Numbered from the stretch's first letter, positions 40,214 to 51,242 are shown. The stretch is 64,000 nt of DNA from Sulfurimonadaceae bacterium (GCA_041548245.1 JBFESZ010000002.1:1-64000), one strand, 5' to 3'. Program-made: numbers and translations. The notes: generated by a model not told the origin, from the sequence alone.

Positions 40214-41545
40214 TTAGATGCAGATTTTAGATTTTAAGGCTTCTTCATCTATCTCATCTTTACGGTATTTGATGACGACAAGATCTTCTGTCTCATTGAT
40301 ATACCATTCAGCAATAGCATCATGCTCTAATGCCTCAAGTTTTTCCATGTTTACACTTGGCGTCGATGTATAGAAGTGTGCATGTTTGATAGGGTTTGAA
40401 AGCTTCAAGGCTGTCCATACTAGCCAAAGTACGCCAACTCCGGCAAGACTCAGGCCAAGCATACTTCTATCTGTGTAGTCCAACATCAGACCTGCAAATG
40501 TTCCTCCGATGAATGTCATGAGGTAAGCAGCTGTATTGGAAATACCAAGGGCAGCACCTTTTTGATGTACCTTCGCATATTTGGAGATAATAGACTGTAC
40601 CAGTGGTTCCATCATATTAAAACCGATAAAGAAACTGACGACACCGACAATAAATAGTGTAGAGGATGTTGTTAGACCCATCAGTAAAAAGGAGACGATA
40701 AAAAGGACAATAGAGACCAGAAAGATCTGCTTTGCTTTGTTATGTTTCTCACCAAAGACAGCTGCCGGTCCCATGGCTACAAGTCCCAATACCATGGCCG
40801 GAAGGTAGACCATCCACAGTTCGGATTTCTGCCATGCAAAGCCACCCTTTTCAACTGAACCTGTCATAATAAGTGGAATAAGGACAAAAGCAATAGTCAT
40901 TAAACCTTTTTGCATTCCATTAAGAATAAACATACCCAAAAGGTTATTGTCTTTGAAAATGTCTTTTGTTTTGATCTTGTTATGATAGATATGATGAATA
41001 CGTGGTGGAGTCGGTACTTTTACAAAGACCAGTACAATAGCCAATACGGCCATAGCTGCGGTGATCCAAAACAGAGAGGCAACACCGTATGAAGCACCGA
41101 TAACTGGACCGAGTCCCATCGCGAGTGCAAAGCTTAGCGCGATAGAACCACCCATCATCGCCATCGCTTTACCACGTGACTCTTCCGGGACAAGGTCTGA
41201 TATCATTGCCGGGATTACAGAACCGATAGCACCGGCACCCTGTAAGAAACGTCCAAGCATCAATACCCAGATATCATTACTGATCGCACATAGAACAGAA
41301 CCGGCTAAAAAGACAAGAAGGCCGAATACGAGAGTCGGTTTACGCCCTATCTTGTCACTGATACTTCCAAAGGGGACTTGAAAAACGGCCTGAGTCAGTG
41401 CATACCCACCGACAATAATACCGACTAAAAGTGCTGTTGCTCCTTCCATACCCATTGCATATACGGATAAGATTGGCAGAACGAGAAAAAGACCCAAGAA
41501 ACGCAATGCAAGGATTGCAGAGAGTGGCCATATTGTTTTAAACAT
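40214..41545 (-). CDS. MFS transporter (YajR-like)
   Basis: 'LRFLGLFLVLP', 'SDKIGRKP', 'GRFLQGAGA'; ~12 TM. Confidence 0.88.
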   Translation of the reverse strand: MFKTIWPLSAILALRFLGLFLVLPILSVYAMGMEGATALLVGIIVGGYALTQAVFQVPFGSISDKIGRKPTLVFGLLVFLAGSVLCAISNDIWVLMLGRFLQGAGAIGSVIPAMISDLVPEESRGKAMAMMGGSIALSFALAMGLGPVIGASYGVASLFWITAAMAVLAIVLVFVKVPTPPRIHHIYHNKIKTKDIFKDNNLLGMFILNGMQKGLMTIAFVLIPLIMTGSVEKGGFAWQKSELWMVYLPAMVLGLVAMGPAAVFGEKHNKAKQIFLVSIVLFIVSFLLMGLTTSSTLFIVGVVSFFIGFNMMEPLVQSIISKYAKVHQKGAALGISNTAAYLMTFIGGTFAGLMLDYTDRSMLGLSLAGVGVLWLVWTALKLSNPIKHAHFYTSTPSVNMEKLEALEHDAIAEWYINETEDLVVIKYRKDEIDEEALKSKICI

Positions 41546-41605
41546 ATAAATAACCTACCTTTGTTAAAATACGGCATTATAATAGAAAGATTTTAAGGTA
41601 ACTTA

Positions 41606-42211
41606 ATGAAATTAGTTTTAGCGACATCGAATAAGGGGAAGGTAAGAGAGATTACTGCCATGTACAGTGACTTTGAAGTTGTCCCTTACAGTGACTTGAT
41701 AGAGCCTTTTGAGATCATTGAAGATCAGCCGGACTTTAAGGGAAACGCTTTGATTAAAGCACGAGCTGTCTATCAGGCCTTGGGCGATGAGGAAGCTATT
41801 GTCTTCTCGGATGATAGCGGGATAAATGTTGAAGCCCTAGACGGAGAGCCTGGTGTTCTTTCTGCACGTTACGGGGGGCCGGATGCTACGGATAAGGATA
41901 ATCTTTACAAGCTTATGGATGCCGTTAAGGCAAAAGGGCTGGAAAGTTCACCAGCCTTTTACACAGCCGCTATAGCGATCGTATCGAAAGAGGGTGAGTA
42001 TACGACACATGGATGGCTGCATGGAGATGTGATAACAGAACCACGAGGTGAAAAAGGGTTCGGATATGACCCGTGCTTTATCCCCAAAGGATATGATAAG
42101 ACCTTGGGTGAACTGGATGATTCGATTAAATCTAAACTTTCACACCGTTCGCAAGCTCTGGCCAATGCCAAACCTGTTTTAGAGTTGATCAAGATGATGA
42201 GAGAGAAGTAA
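41606..42211 (+). CDS. rdgB: Non-canonical purine NTP pyrophosphatase
   Basis: 'ATSNKGK', 'DDSG', 'GFGYDP', 'SHR'. Confidence 0.93.
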   Translation: MKLVLATSNKGKVREITAMYSDFEVVPYSDLIEPFEIIEDQPDFKGNALIKARAVYQALGDEEAIVFSDDSGINVEALDGEPGVLSARYGGPDATDKDNLYKLMDAVKAKGLESSPAFYTAAIAIVSKEGEYTTHGWLHGDVITEPRGEKGFGYDPCFIPKGYDKTLGELDDSIKSKLSHRSQALANAKPVLELIKMMREK

Positions 42212-42251
42212 GAGGATATATAGCGATACAAAGAAGTTTGCATGCGCGCTG

Positions 42252-42277
42252 AGTGTAAAGGGCAAGCCCCTTACACA
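42252..42277 (-). terminator. Hairpin 3' of the small ORF
   Basis: Minus strand GTGTAAGGGGC-tt-GCCCTTTACAC; its G:U pair forms only on the minus strand. Confidence 0.45.
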
Positions 42278-42281
42278 TAGT

Positions 42282-42368
42282 TTATAATATTTTTTTACTG
42301 AACGCGTAAAAATAGGATTCAAGTGATTGAGAAATGCGCTCTAGTGTATTAAGTGCTTTTAATGGCAT
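42282..42368 (-). CDS. Unannotated 28-aa small protein MPLKALNTLERISQSLESYFYAFSKKIL
   Basis: AAGGA RBS 7 nt before ATG; upstream sigma54 promoter; downstream hairpin. Confidence 0.55.
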   Translation of the reverse strand: MPLKALNTLERISQSLESYFYAFSKKIL

Positions 42369-42452
42369 CTTTAATCCTTTTTTTGGGCTTTGTCTAAAGA
42401 TAGTCGCAAAGCGATCATCCCAGCTCACTAAGAGCTACCCATAGAAAATAAA

Positions 42453-42470
42453 AAGCAAAAAATATTCCAA
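42453..42470 (-). promoter_or_regulatory. Sigma54 (RpoN) -24/-12 promoter
   Basis: Minus strand TTGGAATATTTTTTGCTT = GG-N10-GC, matching the Campylobacterota TGGAA...TTGCT form; predicted TSS ~42442. Confidence 0.65.
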
Positions 42471-42525
42471 AGCTAGGGATACTTCCTTCTAAGGGAAGAG
42501 AGTCTATTAGGGAAAGTTGTTTGAA

Positions 42526-43296
42526 TCAGAGTTCTACACCAAACAACCCAAACAGTATACCCGAAGCGATCAGATAGATTCCAAAGGGGGTGAAGTTGTA
42601 TTTGGATACCAACGCTAAAAAACTCTTTACAGCTGCCCAGCCTACTACAAACGATACGATAAAGCCAAGCAGGATGAAAGCAAGATTGTCAAATGAAAGG
42701 GCGTTATACTCTTTTAACAGTGTATAGCCAGAAGCTGCTGTCATCGTAGGAATGGCTAATAGAAATGAGAAACTCATAGCCGTTTCGCGTTTCATCCCCA
42801 AGAGCATTCCTCCAAGTATGGTACTCCCGGAGCGTGAGACACCTGGGATTAAAGAGAGGGCTTGAATAAAACCGACACAGACAGCCTGTTTATAGGTGAC
42901 ATCTTCGAGACTTTCTGTCGTATGACCCTTCTTGGTATATAAAAACTCAACGATCAAGAAGAAGATACCGGTAGCGATCATCCACAAGATGATACTGTTT
43001 GATGAGAACATCTCTTCTATCTGCTTATGAAATAAAAGACCTATAGCTCCGGTAGGTATAAATGAAGCGATCAGTTTTTTCCAAATATCAAGACTCTGCA
43101 AAAGCGTATGGGAATAGATAAACATGACGGAAAAGATGGGAGCGATCTGAATAATGATATTAAACGAATAGATAAAGTCATTTTGGGGCATTCCCATCAT
43201 CTGAGAGGCAAGTGCTATATGCGCTGTCGATGAGACAGGCAAAAATTCGGTTACACCTTCGACAATTCCTAAAATAGTGGCTTCATACAGTGTCAT
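42526..43296 (-). CDS. uppP: Undecaprenyl-diphosphate phosphatase
   Basis: 'GIVEGVTEFLPVSSTAH', 'PGVSRSG'. Confidence 0.95.
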   Translation of the reverse strand: MTLYEATILGIVEGVTEFLPVSSTAHIALASQMMGMPQNDFIYSFNIIIQIAPIFSVMFIYSHTLLQSLDIWKKLIASFIPTGAIGLLFHKQIEEMFSSNSIILWMIATGIFFLIVEFLYTKKGHTTESLEDVTYKQAVCVGFIQALSLIPGVSRSGSTILGGMLLGMKRETAMSFSFLLAIPTMTAASGYTLLKEYNALSFDNLAFILLGFIVSFVVGWAAVKSFLALVSKYNFTPFGIYLIASGILFGLFGVEL

Positions 43297-43384
43297 ACTT
43301 ATCCTTGAAACGGTTTAAAGTGCAAGCATAACAAATTAAGAGTTATACTTTGGTGATGCGCTTTGCGATCTTAAAGAACAGATG

Positions 43385-43987
43385 CTATTGTTTTTTTGCT
43401 GTGACAAGAAAAATTGGAAATTCGGCATCGTCTTTTTTAACGGTATAGGCTGTGATGAACTCTATTGATCCGAAGCCGGCATTGGTGAGCAGTTGTGTAA
43501 AACTTTCCCTATTAAAACCCAAGTGGTATACGCCCTCCGTCCCTTCCGGGTGAAAACTTCCGTTCTCCGCGTCTAAATCGGCCAAGGCAATAGAAGCACC
43601 AGGTTTTAAATGTCGGGCAAAACTTTTCAATAATGCCAAGGTGTCTTCTACATGATGCATGGCCATAGCACTGATTATAAGATCAAACTCTTTCTCAAGA
43701 GGTTGATGCAAGATGTCCTGACAAAAAGTGGTAACCTTGTTTTTCAATTCGGCCTTAGCTACTAGTCTCTCAAGCATCGCTTCGGATATGTCTACAGCCG
43801 TGATATTTTTGACCAGCGGAACGACATGTGCGCTCAGCAGGCCTGTCCCTGCTCCAAAATCCAAGACTTCCATCTGCGAATGAAGCTTGACACGGCTGAT
43901 AAGAGCTGGCCCGATATTTTGGCTTAATTGCTGTGGAATAGTCTGTATATCCCAATCTTGTGCCTTTTTTTGAAAGAGGTCATCCAT
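43385..43987 (-). CDS. Class I SAM-dependent methyltransferase
   Basis: 'LDFGAGTG', 'MAMHHV', 'LADLD..GSFH', 'H.GF'; start moved to ATG 43987 because TATAAT lies right at the 44014 ATG. Confidence 0.85.
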   Translation of the reverse strand: MDDLFQKKAQDWDIQTIPQQLSQNIGPALISRVKLHSQMEVLDFGAGTGLLSAHVVPLVKNITAVDISEAMLERLVAKAELKNKVTTFCQDILHQPLEKEFDLIISAMAMHHVEDTLALLKSFARHLKPGASIALADLDAENGSFHPEGTEGVYHLGFNRESFTQLLTNAGFGSIEFITAYTVKKDDAEFPIFLVTAKKQ

Positions 43988-44198
43988 ATCGTTACCTGTA
44001 ATTGATTTTTGCATTATTATACTTGAACAGAGTGCTGTGTTTCAATGGGTTGTTACGTTAATCATCAAATTTTAAAAAGTAATAGGTGTGATTTATCATC
44101 TTCTAACAAAGCTTCCGCTATAATTGCGCCCGTATGTTTAAAAAATGGGTTGAGTGACCCCTCTTTTAAATTTACACAGACCTATATGAAGGAAGCAC

Positions 44199-45314
44199 AT
44201 GCTACTTTTTACACCGGGGCCAACCCCAGTTCCAGAATCCATCCGTTTAGCAATGGCAGAACCTACACTTCACCACCGTACACCGGAGTTTGAAGCAATC
44301 TTTGAAGAGACGCGAAAAGAGTTGTTTAAGCTTTTTAAGACAGATGAGGTCGTAATGCTTGCGACAAGTGGTACGGGTGCTATGGAGGCAGCTGTAATCA
44401 ATCTTTGTCACGATACACTGTTAAATGTCAATGCCGGGAAGTTCGGTGAGCGTTTTGGTAAGATCGCGCAGGCAAACGGGTTGAAAAACGTAGAACTCAA
44501 ATATGAGTGGAACACGCCGACAAGCGTAGAAGACGTACTAGAAGCATTAGAGAAAAACCCTTCTATCGATGCGATTGCTGTTCAGATCTCTGAATCTGCC
44601 GGCGTGCTCCGTCATCCGGTTGAAGAAATAGCCCAAGCTGTTAAGAAGGTCCGTCCCGAAGTGATGATCATCGCAGATGGTATTACGGCGATCGGTGTAG
44701 AGAAGATAGATGTGACGAATATTGATGCTGTACTTGCCGGAAGTCAAAAAGCCTTGATGCTCCCTCCGGGTCTTGCTATTCTTGGTCTAAGTAATGCAGC
44801 GATTGAAAAGACCGGTGCAGGCAAAGGGTATTATCTCAATCTTGCGACTGAAATCAAAAAGCAGAGAGAAAACACAACAGCATGGACAGCGGCGACTACG
44901 CTTACCATTGGATTAAACGCCGTCCTAAAAGAGATCGATGCTCAAGGTGGTTTAGACAAGCTCTATAAAGAAACGGCTGCACGCGCTGTCGCAACACAAG
45001 GAGCTTTAAGTGCGCTGGGTCTTCATATCTATCCGACTACTCCTGCAAAATCGATGACAACGATTGATGATGAGCATGCTTCAGAGATCAGAAATATATT
45101 GAAAAAAGATTATGAAGTCAACGTTGCCGGCGGCCAGGATGGCTTAAAAGGTAAAATTTTCCGTATTAACCAGATGGGGCTTATCAAGCCGTATGAGTCC
45201 GCATGGGTCGTCAATGCGGTAGAACTTGCATTGGCCAAACTTAACCGACGTGCTTATGATGGTACAGCGAACAAAGTGTTTAACGAACTTTATTTCAAAG
45301 CATTGGAAGACTAA
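44199..45314 (+). CDS. Class V PLP aminotransferase (alanine-glyoxylate/phosphoserine type)
   Basis: 'TPGPTPVP', 'HHRT', 'SGTGAMEA', 'GSQKA', 'AGGQ..LKGKIFRI'. Confidence 0.9.
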   Translation: MLLFTPGPTPVPESIRLAMAEPTLHHRTPEFEAIFEETRKELFKLFKTDEVVMLATSGTGAMEAAVINLCHDTLLNVNAGKFGERFGKIAQANGLKNVELKYEWNTPTSVEDVLEALEKNPSIDAIAVQISESAGVLRHPVEEIAQAVKKVRPEVMIIADGITAIGVEKIDVTNIDAVLAGSQKALMLPPGLAILGLSNAAIEKTGAGKGYYLNLATEIKKQRENTTAWTAATTLTIGLNAVLKEIDAQGGLDKLYKETAARAVATQGALSALGLHIYPTTPAKSMTTIDDEHASEIRNILKKDYEVNVAGGQDGLKGKIFRINQMGLIKPYESAWVVNAVELALAKLNRRAYDGTANKVFNELYFKALED

Positions 45315-45316
45315 CG

Positions 45317-46177
45317 ATGATGTTAGAACACGAGATTCCTTCGGGAACAAAGTTGTATTTTGGCAATAGTGCCAAGATCAAACGTGAGATCGAAGCGACT
45401 GCAAGTGATGTACTTTATTCAGCAGGTTATGAAGAATTAATTACACCACTTTTCTCGTACCATCAACATCTCAGTATTGCTGATGAAAAAGAATTGATCC
45501 GTGTCAATGATACACAAAATTATCAATTGACGCTCAGAGCTGATTCGACTATCGATGTGGTCCGTCTTCTTGACAAACGCCTGGGACGTAATACGACACA
45601 CCAGAAATGGTTTTATATTCAGCCTATCTATATGTATCCTTCCAAGGAGATCTATCAGATCGGAGCCGAATACATAGGTGAGAAAAATCTCTCGACTGTG
45701 CTGCAGTCGACGATCGATATCGTTAATGCTTTAGAGATTAAACCGCTTTTGCAGATCTCGAATATTCGTATTCCTCAGCTGATATCAAAAGAGCTGGGGA
45801 TAGATTTGGATGATTTTAAACATATCAATATCCAAAAGCTTCTGGATCACAAAGTCTCTTGGTTGAAAGATGTTATCTACCTTGAAAAACTTGAAGAGAT
45901 CGATGCGGTAATAGAAGCTGTTCCTGAAGTGATCAAGCATGAACTTAGACGTATGAAGGAACTGGCGAATAATATCGAATATGACAATTTTGTTCTTGCT
46001 CCGCTTTATTATGCGAAGATGCTTTATTATGATGAGCTTTATTTCCGTATGATTGATAAGAATGATGTCTTTGCTAGGGGCGGACGTTATGTAAATGATG
46101 ATGTGACTTCGGTAGGATTCGCACTTTACACAGATAAAATAATAGAAAAAATAGAAGAGACAAAAGGTAATAAGTAA
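45317..46177 (+). CDS. hisZ: ATP phosphoribosyltransferase regulatory subunit
   Basis: 'EHEIP.G', 'LRADST', 'QIGAE', 'GGRY', 'GFA'; upstream of purA. Confidence 0.85.
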   Translation: MMLEHEIPSGTKLYFGNSAKIKREIEATASDVLYSAGYEELITPLFSYHQHLSIADEKELIRVNDTQNYQLTLRADSTIDVVRLLDKRLGRNTTHQKWFYIQPIYMYPSKEIYQIGAEYIGEKNLSTVLQSTIDIVNALEIKPLLQISNIRIPQLISKELGIDLDDFKHINIQKLLDHKVSWLKDVIYLEKLEEIDAVIEAVPEVIKHELRRMKELANNIEYDNFVLAPLYYAKMLYYDELYFRMIDKNDVFARGGRYVNDDVTSVGFALYTDKIIEKIEETKGNK

Positions 46178-47425
<1,248 letters not shown>

Positions 47426-47507
47426 TCTCAAAAAGGAAAGATATGTACTGCAAGGTGATACTCTTTCCTTCTTCCAAAAGGCAAAGCCGTATAGAAAGGC
47501 TAAAACC

Positions 47508-47924
47508 TTGAAAACACAATATACTGCTCTTGTTAAAATCAAAAAAGACCGTTTGGACATGATGGAAAAATCTGTTCAGTCCTGTCATCAGACGATTAAG
47601 ATCATAAAAGAGAAGATAGAAGCCTCTTATGATGAATTGCGCACGATGGATATACCGACAAACGGGAATTTTTCTCTCTTTAGACAGATGCAGCTGCTGA
47701 AACATAGAGTCCAAGATGAAATACAATTCAATAAGCATAACCTTGTAGTGGCTGAAAATGCATTGATAAAAGCAATGCAACAGCTCAAAACTGCTAACAT
47801 AGAACATGAAAAGTTCAAATACCTTGAAACGAATGAAATAGAAAAAACTCTCAAAGTACAAAGACGCAAAGAAGCAAAAGAGCTTGATGAGGTCGCGTTG
47901 ATGGCTTTTAATAGGAAAGATTGA
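47508..47924 (+). CDS. fliJ: Flagellar export protein FliJ
   Basis: TTG start after AAAGG; coiled coil; 'EKFKYL...EAKELDE'; position after purA. Confidence 0.75.
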   Translation: MKTQYTALVKIKKDRLDMMEKSVQSCHQTIKIIKEKIEASYDELRTMDIPTNGNFSLFRQMQLLKHRVQDEIQFNKHNLVVAENALIKAMQQLKTANIEHEKFKYLETNEIEKTLKVQRRKEAKELDEVALMAFNRKD

Positions 47925-48445
47925 TGCCAAAACTTTTAGCAGCATTGACGTGTATGTTCTTTTTGAGTATCAGCCTGCAGGCAAAAAGTGAACTCTATGA
48001 TTGTACAAAAGTTTTTGAAGAGCGCAAGCAGGAATTGATTCTTGAATTGGAGCGTATCGATGAGCAAGAACAGGCCCTTAATGCACTAAAAGAAGCAACT
48101 GAAGAATTGCTTAAGAAGAAAGAAGCCAAGCTGGAAGAAAAAGAGCAGAAGCTCAATGCACAGGAGGCCGATCTTAAGAATCGGGAAGAAGAAGTCGCTA
48201 AAAAACTCAAGAAAAACGAAGAGGTACTGAAGGCGCTCAAAGAGCAGAAGATGGATAAAGTGGCACAGACCTATGCAAAGATGAAAGCTGCATCTGCAGC
48301 TGATATCTTAAGCAAGTTGAAGCCCGAAGAGGCCAGTGAAATCTTAACGACATTAAAGCCCAAGACCATGGCCAAGATACTAGGAAAGATGGATGCGGCA
48401 AAAGCCTCAGAGATGACTACCTTGATGAATAAAATAGAGCAGTAG
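47924..48445 (+). CDS. MotE/FlbB-like flagellar protein (coiled coil + MgtE_N-like)
   Basis: Signal peptide; 'DCTKVFEERK', 'YAKMK...AA.IL', 'ILGKMD...A'. Confidence 0.75.
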   Translation: MPKLLAALTCMFFLSISLQAKSELYDCTKVFEERKQELILELERIDEQEQALNALKEATEELLKKKEAKLEEKEQKLNAQEADLKNREEEVAKKLKKNEEVLKALKEQKMDKVAQTYAKMKAASAADILSKLKPEEASEILTTLKPKTMAKILGKMDAAKASEMTTLMNKIEQ

Positions 48446-48635
48446 AATTAAATTTTAGATACGTAAGAGAGATGTAGCTGTCTTTTTTTTTAAAAGACAT
48501 TTATCACGAGTGAATATCTATGAGGAGAATATGATCAAAGAGTGAATGTATAGACTTTCACTTTGCTCTTATCTAATGAAATATTTACCTTAAATAGGAT
48601 AGAATCACAAAATTTATAACACAAAAGGCGCTTCG

Positions 48636-49187
48636 ATGAAGATAAAACTGCAGCATACACCTCTGATTGCACAACGGGTAGCGATTGAACTGAACAAAAG
48701 TGGTCTTGTCAAGATGACCAGAGGTCTGGAACCTGTTGCAGAAGAAGCACGTAAAGTACTGGTTGAGAGTATCAAAAAAGAAGCAGCGCTTGAAGAGAAA
48801 GTGAATGAGATTCTAGAAGCAAACGAAGATGCGATGGATGAGCAGAATGTCGATGACAGACAGCTTTTCTTTATGATCAAAAAGAAACTTGCTCCTGAAT
48901 ATGGTGTCATTCTCTCTTATGATGATAGATTCTCAGACCTTGCACATAAGATCCTTGATGAGCTTTATGAGGAAGACCTTATCCATTTTGATATCGAAGA
49001 GATTCGAATCAAAAATATTATTTTTGCTGCAATGACAAACTTTATTGCAGACAACGACGCTATCGAAGATGCAGTATATGAGAAGATTAAATCATACAAA
49101 CGAAAGATCATTCCAGGAACGGATGACTACGAGATACTGTTTGAAAAACTTTATCGTGAAGAGTTGACAAGAAGAGGCTTGGCGTAA
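48636..49187 (+). CDS. DUF507-family protein
   Basis: 'FFMIKKKLA', 'KIKSYKRKIIPG...Y.ILF.KLY.EE'; coupled to carA. Confidence 0.82.
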   Translation: MKIKLQHTPLIAQRVAIELNKSGLVKMTRGLEPVAEEARKVLVESIKKEAALEEKVNEILEANEDAMDEQNVDDRQLFFMIKKKLAPEYGVILSYDDRFSDLAHKILDELYEEDLIHFDIEEIRIKNIIFAAMTNFIADNDAIEDAVYEKIKSYKRKIIPGTDDYEILFEKLYREELTRRGLA

Positions 49188-50314
49188 TGACAAAGGTATA
49201 TATCTATCTTGAAAATGGGACGTATCTAGAAGCAGACAGTTTCGGTGCAGAGAAAACAGCAGTCGGTGAGATAGTTTTCAATACCTCCCTGACAGGTTAT
49301 CAGGAGATCACGTCGGATCCTTCATATGCCGGTCAGTTCGTTACTTTTACAATGCCAGAGATCGGAAACGTTGGTGTTAATGATGAAGATATGGAATCCA
49401 AAGGTGCCTTTACTAAAGGTATAATCGTCCGTACCTACCAGGAACGTTATTCTAATTTTCGTGCGACAGACTCCTTAGAAAAATTCTTAAAAGAGCAGGG
49501 TGTCATGGGCATTTGCAATATTGACACACGTTACCTGACTAAGATGTTGCGTTCAGAAGGCGCGATGATGATGATCGCTTCAACGGATATATCGGATAAG
49601 GAAGAACTGAAAAAAGTCCTTGAAAGCTCACCTCGCATCGAAGATGTGAACTACATTGAAGAAGTCAGTACAAAAGTGGCTTACAAACATACACATGGGA
49701 CTTATGATGCCGTCAACTTTAAGTACAACGAGGCTCCGCAAGCCAAAGCTAAAATCGTGGCCATTGACTTTGGTGTCAAGCGTAATATTCTAAACGAGCT
49801 GACACAAGCCGGTATGGATGTAGAGGTTATACCGAATAATTTCAATGCTGACGAACTCATTCAGCGTGTCTCCGATGGTGAACTTGATGGAGTCTTCCTG
49901 TCAAACGGTCCGGGAGATCCTCTTGTACTGAAAAAAGAGCAAGAACAGATCAAAAAGCTGATCGCAGCCAAAGTCCCTATGTTCGGTATTTGTCTGGGTC
50001 ATCAATTACTCTCTATTTCACATGGCTATGATACGTATAAATTGAAGTTCGGCCATCATGGCGGAAACCATCCGGTAAAGAATGAGAAGACGGGGATGGT
50101 CGAGATCACGGCACAAAACCATAACTACAATGTCCCGGATAATATCACTGAGATAGCGGATGTAACACATACCAACCTTTTTGACAATACCATTGAAGGC
50201 CTAAAGTACAAAAGCGGTCATGTCTTCTCTGTTCAGCATCATCCGGAATCGAGCCCAGGGCCAAAAGAGAGTGCCTATATATTTTCGCAGTTTATTGATT
50301 TGATGGGAAAATAG
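49187..50314 (+). CDS. carA: Carbamoyl-phosphate synthase small subunit
   Basis: 'GEIVFNT', 'SNGPGDP', 'GICLGHQ', 'HPE'. Confidence 0.97.
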   Translation: MTKVYIYLENGTYLEADSFGAEKTAVGEIVFNTSLTGYQEITSDPSYAGQFVTFTMPEIGNVGVNDEDMESKGAFTKGIIVRTYQERYSNFRATDSLEKFLKEQGVMGICNIDTRYLTKMLRSEGAMMMIASTDISDKEELKKVLESSPRIEDVNYIEEVSTKVAYKHTHGTYDAVNFKYNEAPQAKAKIVAIDFGVKRNILNELTQAGMDVEVIPNNFNADELIQRVSDGELDGVFLSNGPGDPLVLKKEQEQIKKLIAAKVPMFGICLGHQLLSISHGYDTYKLKFGHHGGNHPVKNEKTGMVEITAQNHNYNVPDNITEIADVTHTNLFDNTIEGLKYKSGHVFSVQHHPESSPGPKESAYIFSQFIDLMGK

Positions 50315-50369
50315 ACGAAGTGTATTGCTTACGCAGAGATTTCTTTTAACATAAGAATTTTATGGATGT

Positions 50370-50400
50370 TAACACTTTTGTAACACTATATTGCTAGACT
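50370..50400 (+). promoter_or_regulatory. Promoter with an 11-bp-period direct repeat and extended -10
   Basis: TAACACT-tttg-TAACACT (50370-50387), then TGcTAGACT (50392-50400). Confidence 0.5.
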
Positions 50401-50406
50401 TACATT

Positions 50407-50460
50407 TCAAAGCCAAATTATAAAGCTCCCTAAGCCCATATCTCTCCTTTGGGCTTTTTT
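50407..50460 (+). ncRNA. Candidate sRNA or attenuated leader with C/U-rich terminator loop
   Basis: AAGCCCA-tatctctcctt-TGGGCTT-TTTT intrinsic terminator ~30 nt after the -10. Confidence 0.4.
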
Positions 50461-50489
50461 CTTAACAAGTTTCAACACAAGGAATAAGA

Positions 50490-51242
50490 GTGAATTTTTA
50501 CGAGTATGGATCCTTGGAACTTTTAGCGATATTGGCCTTTGGTTTTTTTGGAAGCTTGGGGCATTGTGTCGGGATGTGCGGTGGTTTCATCGTCTCATAT
50601 ACTGCAGCCAAGATGGACGCATCTACTTCAAAAATATCACAGGCAAGCGGACATGCCTTCTACAATATGGGACGAATTGGTTCGTATACGTTTTTAGGAG
50701 CTCTCTTTGGTTTCTTCGGGTCATTATGGGATGCAACCCCAATGATGCGTATGATTATGTTCGCTGTTGCTGGCTTCATGATGATCATTATGGGATTGTC
50801 GCTTTCTGGCCGATTGAAACTGTTGTCATATATCGAGTATCCGATTACACGGACACAATGGTTCAAAAAACTGTTTTTTTCCCAATTAAATTCCCGCTCT
50901 AAGTTTAGCTTTTTTACTCTGGGCATTTTAAATGGTTTTTTCCCTTGCGGATTGGTCTATACAATGCTGATCACAGCTGTTGCAACAAAATCAGCATTAT
51001 TGGGTGCTACAGTGATGTTACTTTTTGGAATGGCTACAATTCCTACACTTTTTAGTTTAGGCTTTCTTGTCGGTTTTATTTCACAAAACCGATTTCGCCA
51101 TATTATGATTGAGATATCAGCTTTAATTATAGTACTTTATGGAGGTCTGACACTCTACAAAGCTTATCTAAATTATAATAATTATTTGTCCGTAACCGAA
51201 AACAAAGCGCATGAGTGTGCTATTGGAAAATGCGGAGTATAA
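50490..51242 (+). CDS. DsbD_2 / TauE-SafE-like membrane protein (cbb3 biogenesis-associated)
   Basis: 'HCVGMCGG', 'YNMGRI.SY', 'PCGLVY'. Confidence 0.85.
   Translation: MNFYEYGSLELLAILAFGFFGSLGHCVGMCGGFIVSYTAAKMDASTSKISQASGHAFYNMGRIGSYTFLGALFGFFGSLWDATPMMRMIMFAVAGFMMIIMGLSLSGRLKLLSYIEYPITRTQWFKKLFFSQLNSRSKFSFFTLGILNGFFPCGLVYTMLITAVATKSALLGATVMLLFGMATIPTLFSLGFLVGFISQNRFRHIMIEISALIIVLYGGLTLYKAYLNYNNYLSVTENKAHECAIGKCGV

Noticed and set aside
42395-42440. 'CGCAAAGC' on the plus strand as a c-di-GMP-I riboswitch
   Set aside because: Lacks the GEMM P1/GNRA/receptor arrangement; G:U pairs favour the minus strand
48522-48545. GAGGAG followed by minigene MIKE* upstream of DUF507-carA
   Set aside because: Only four codons, no supporting promoter or attenuator logic; could be chance
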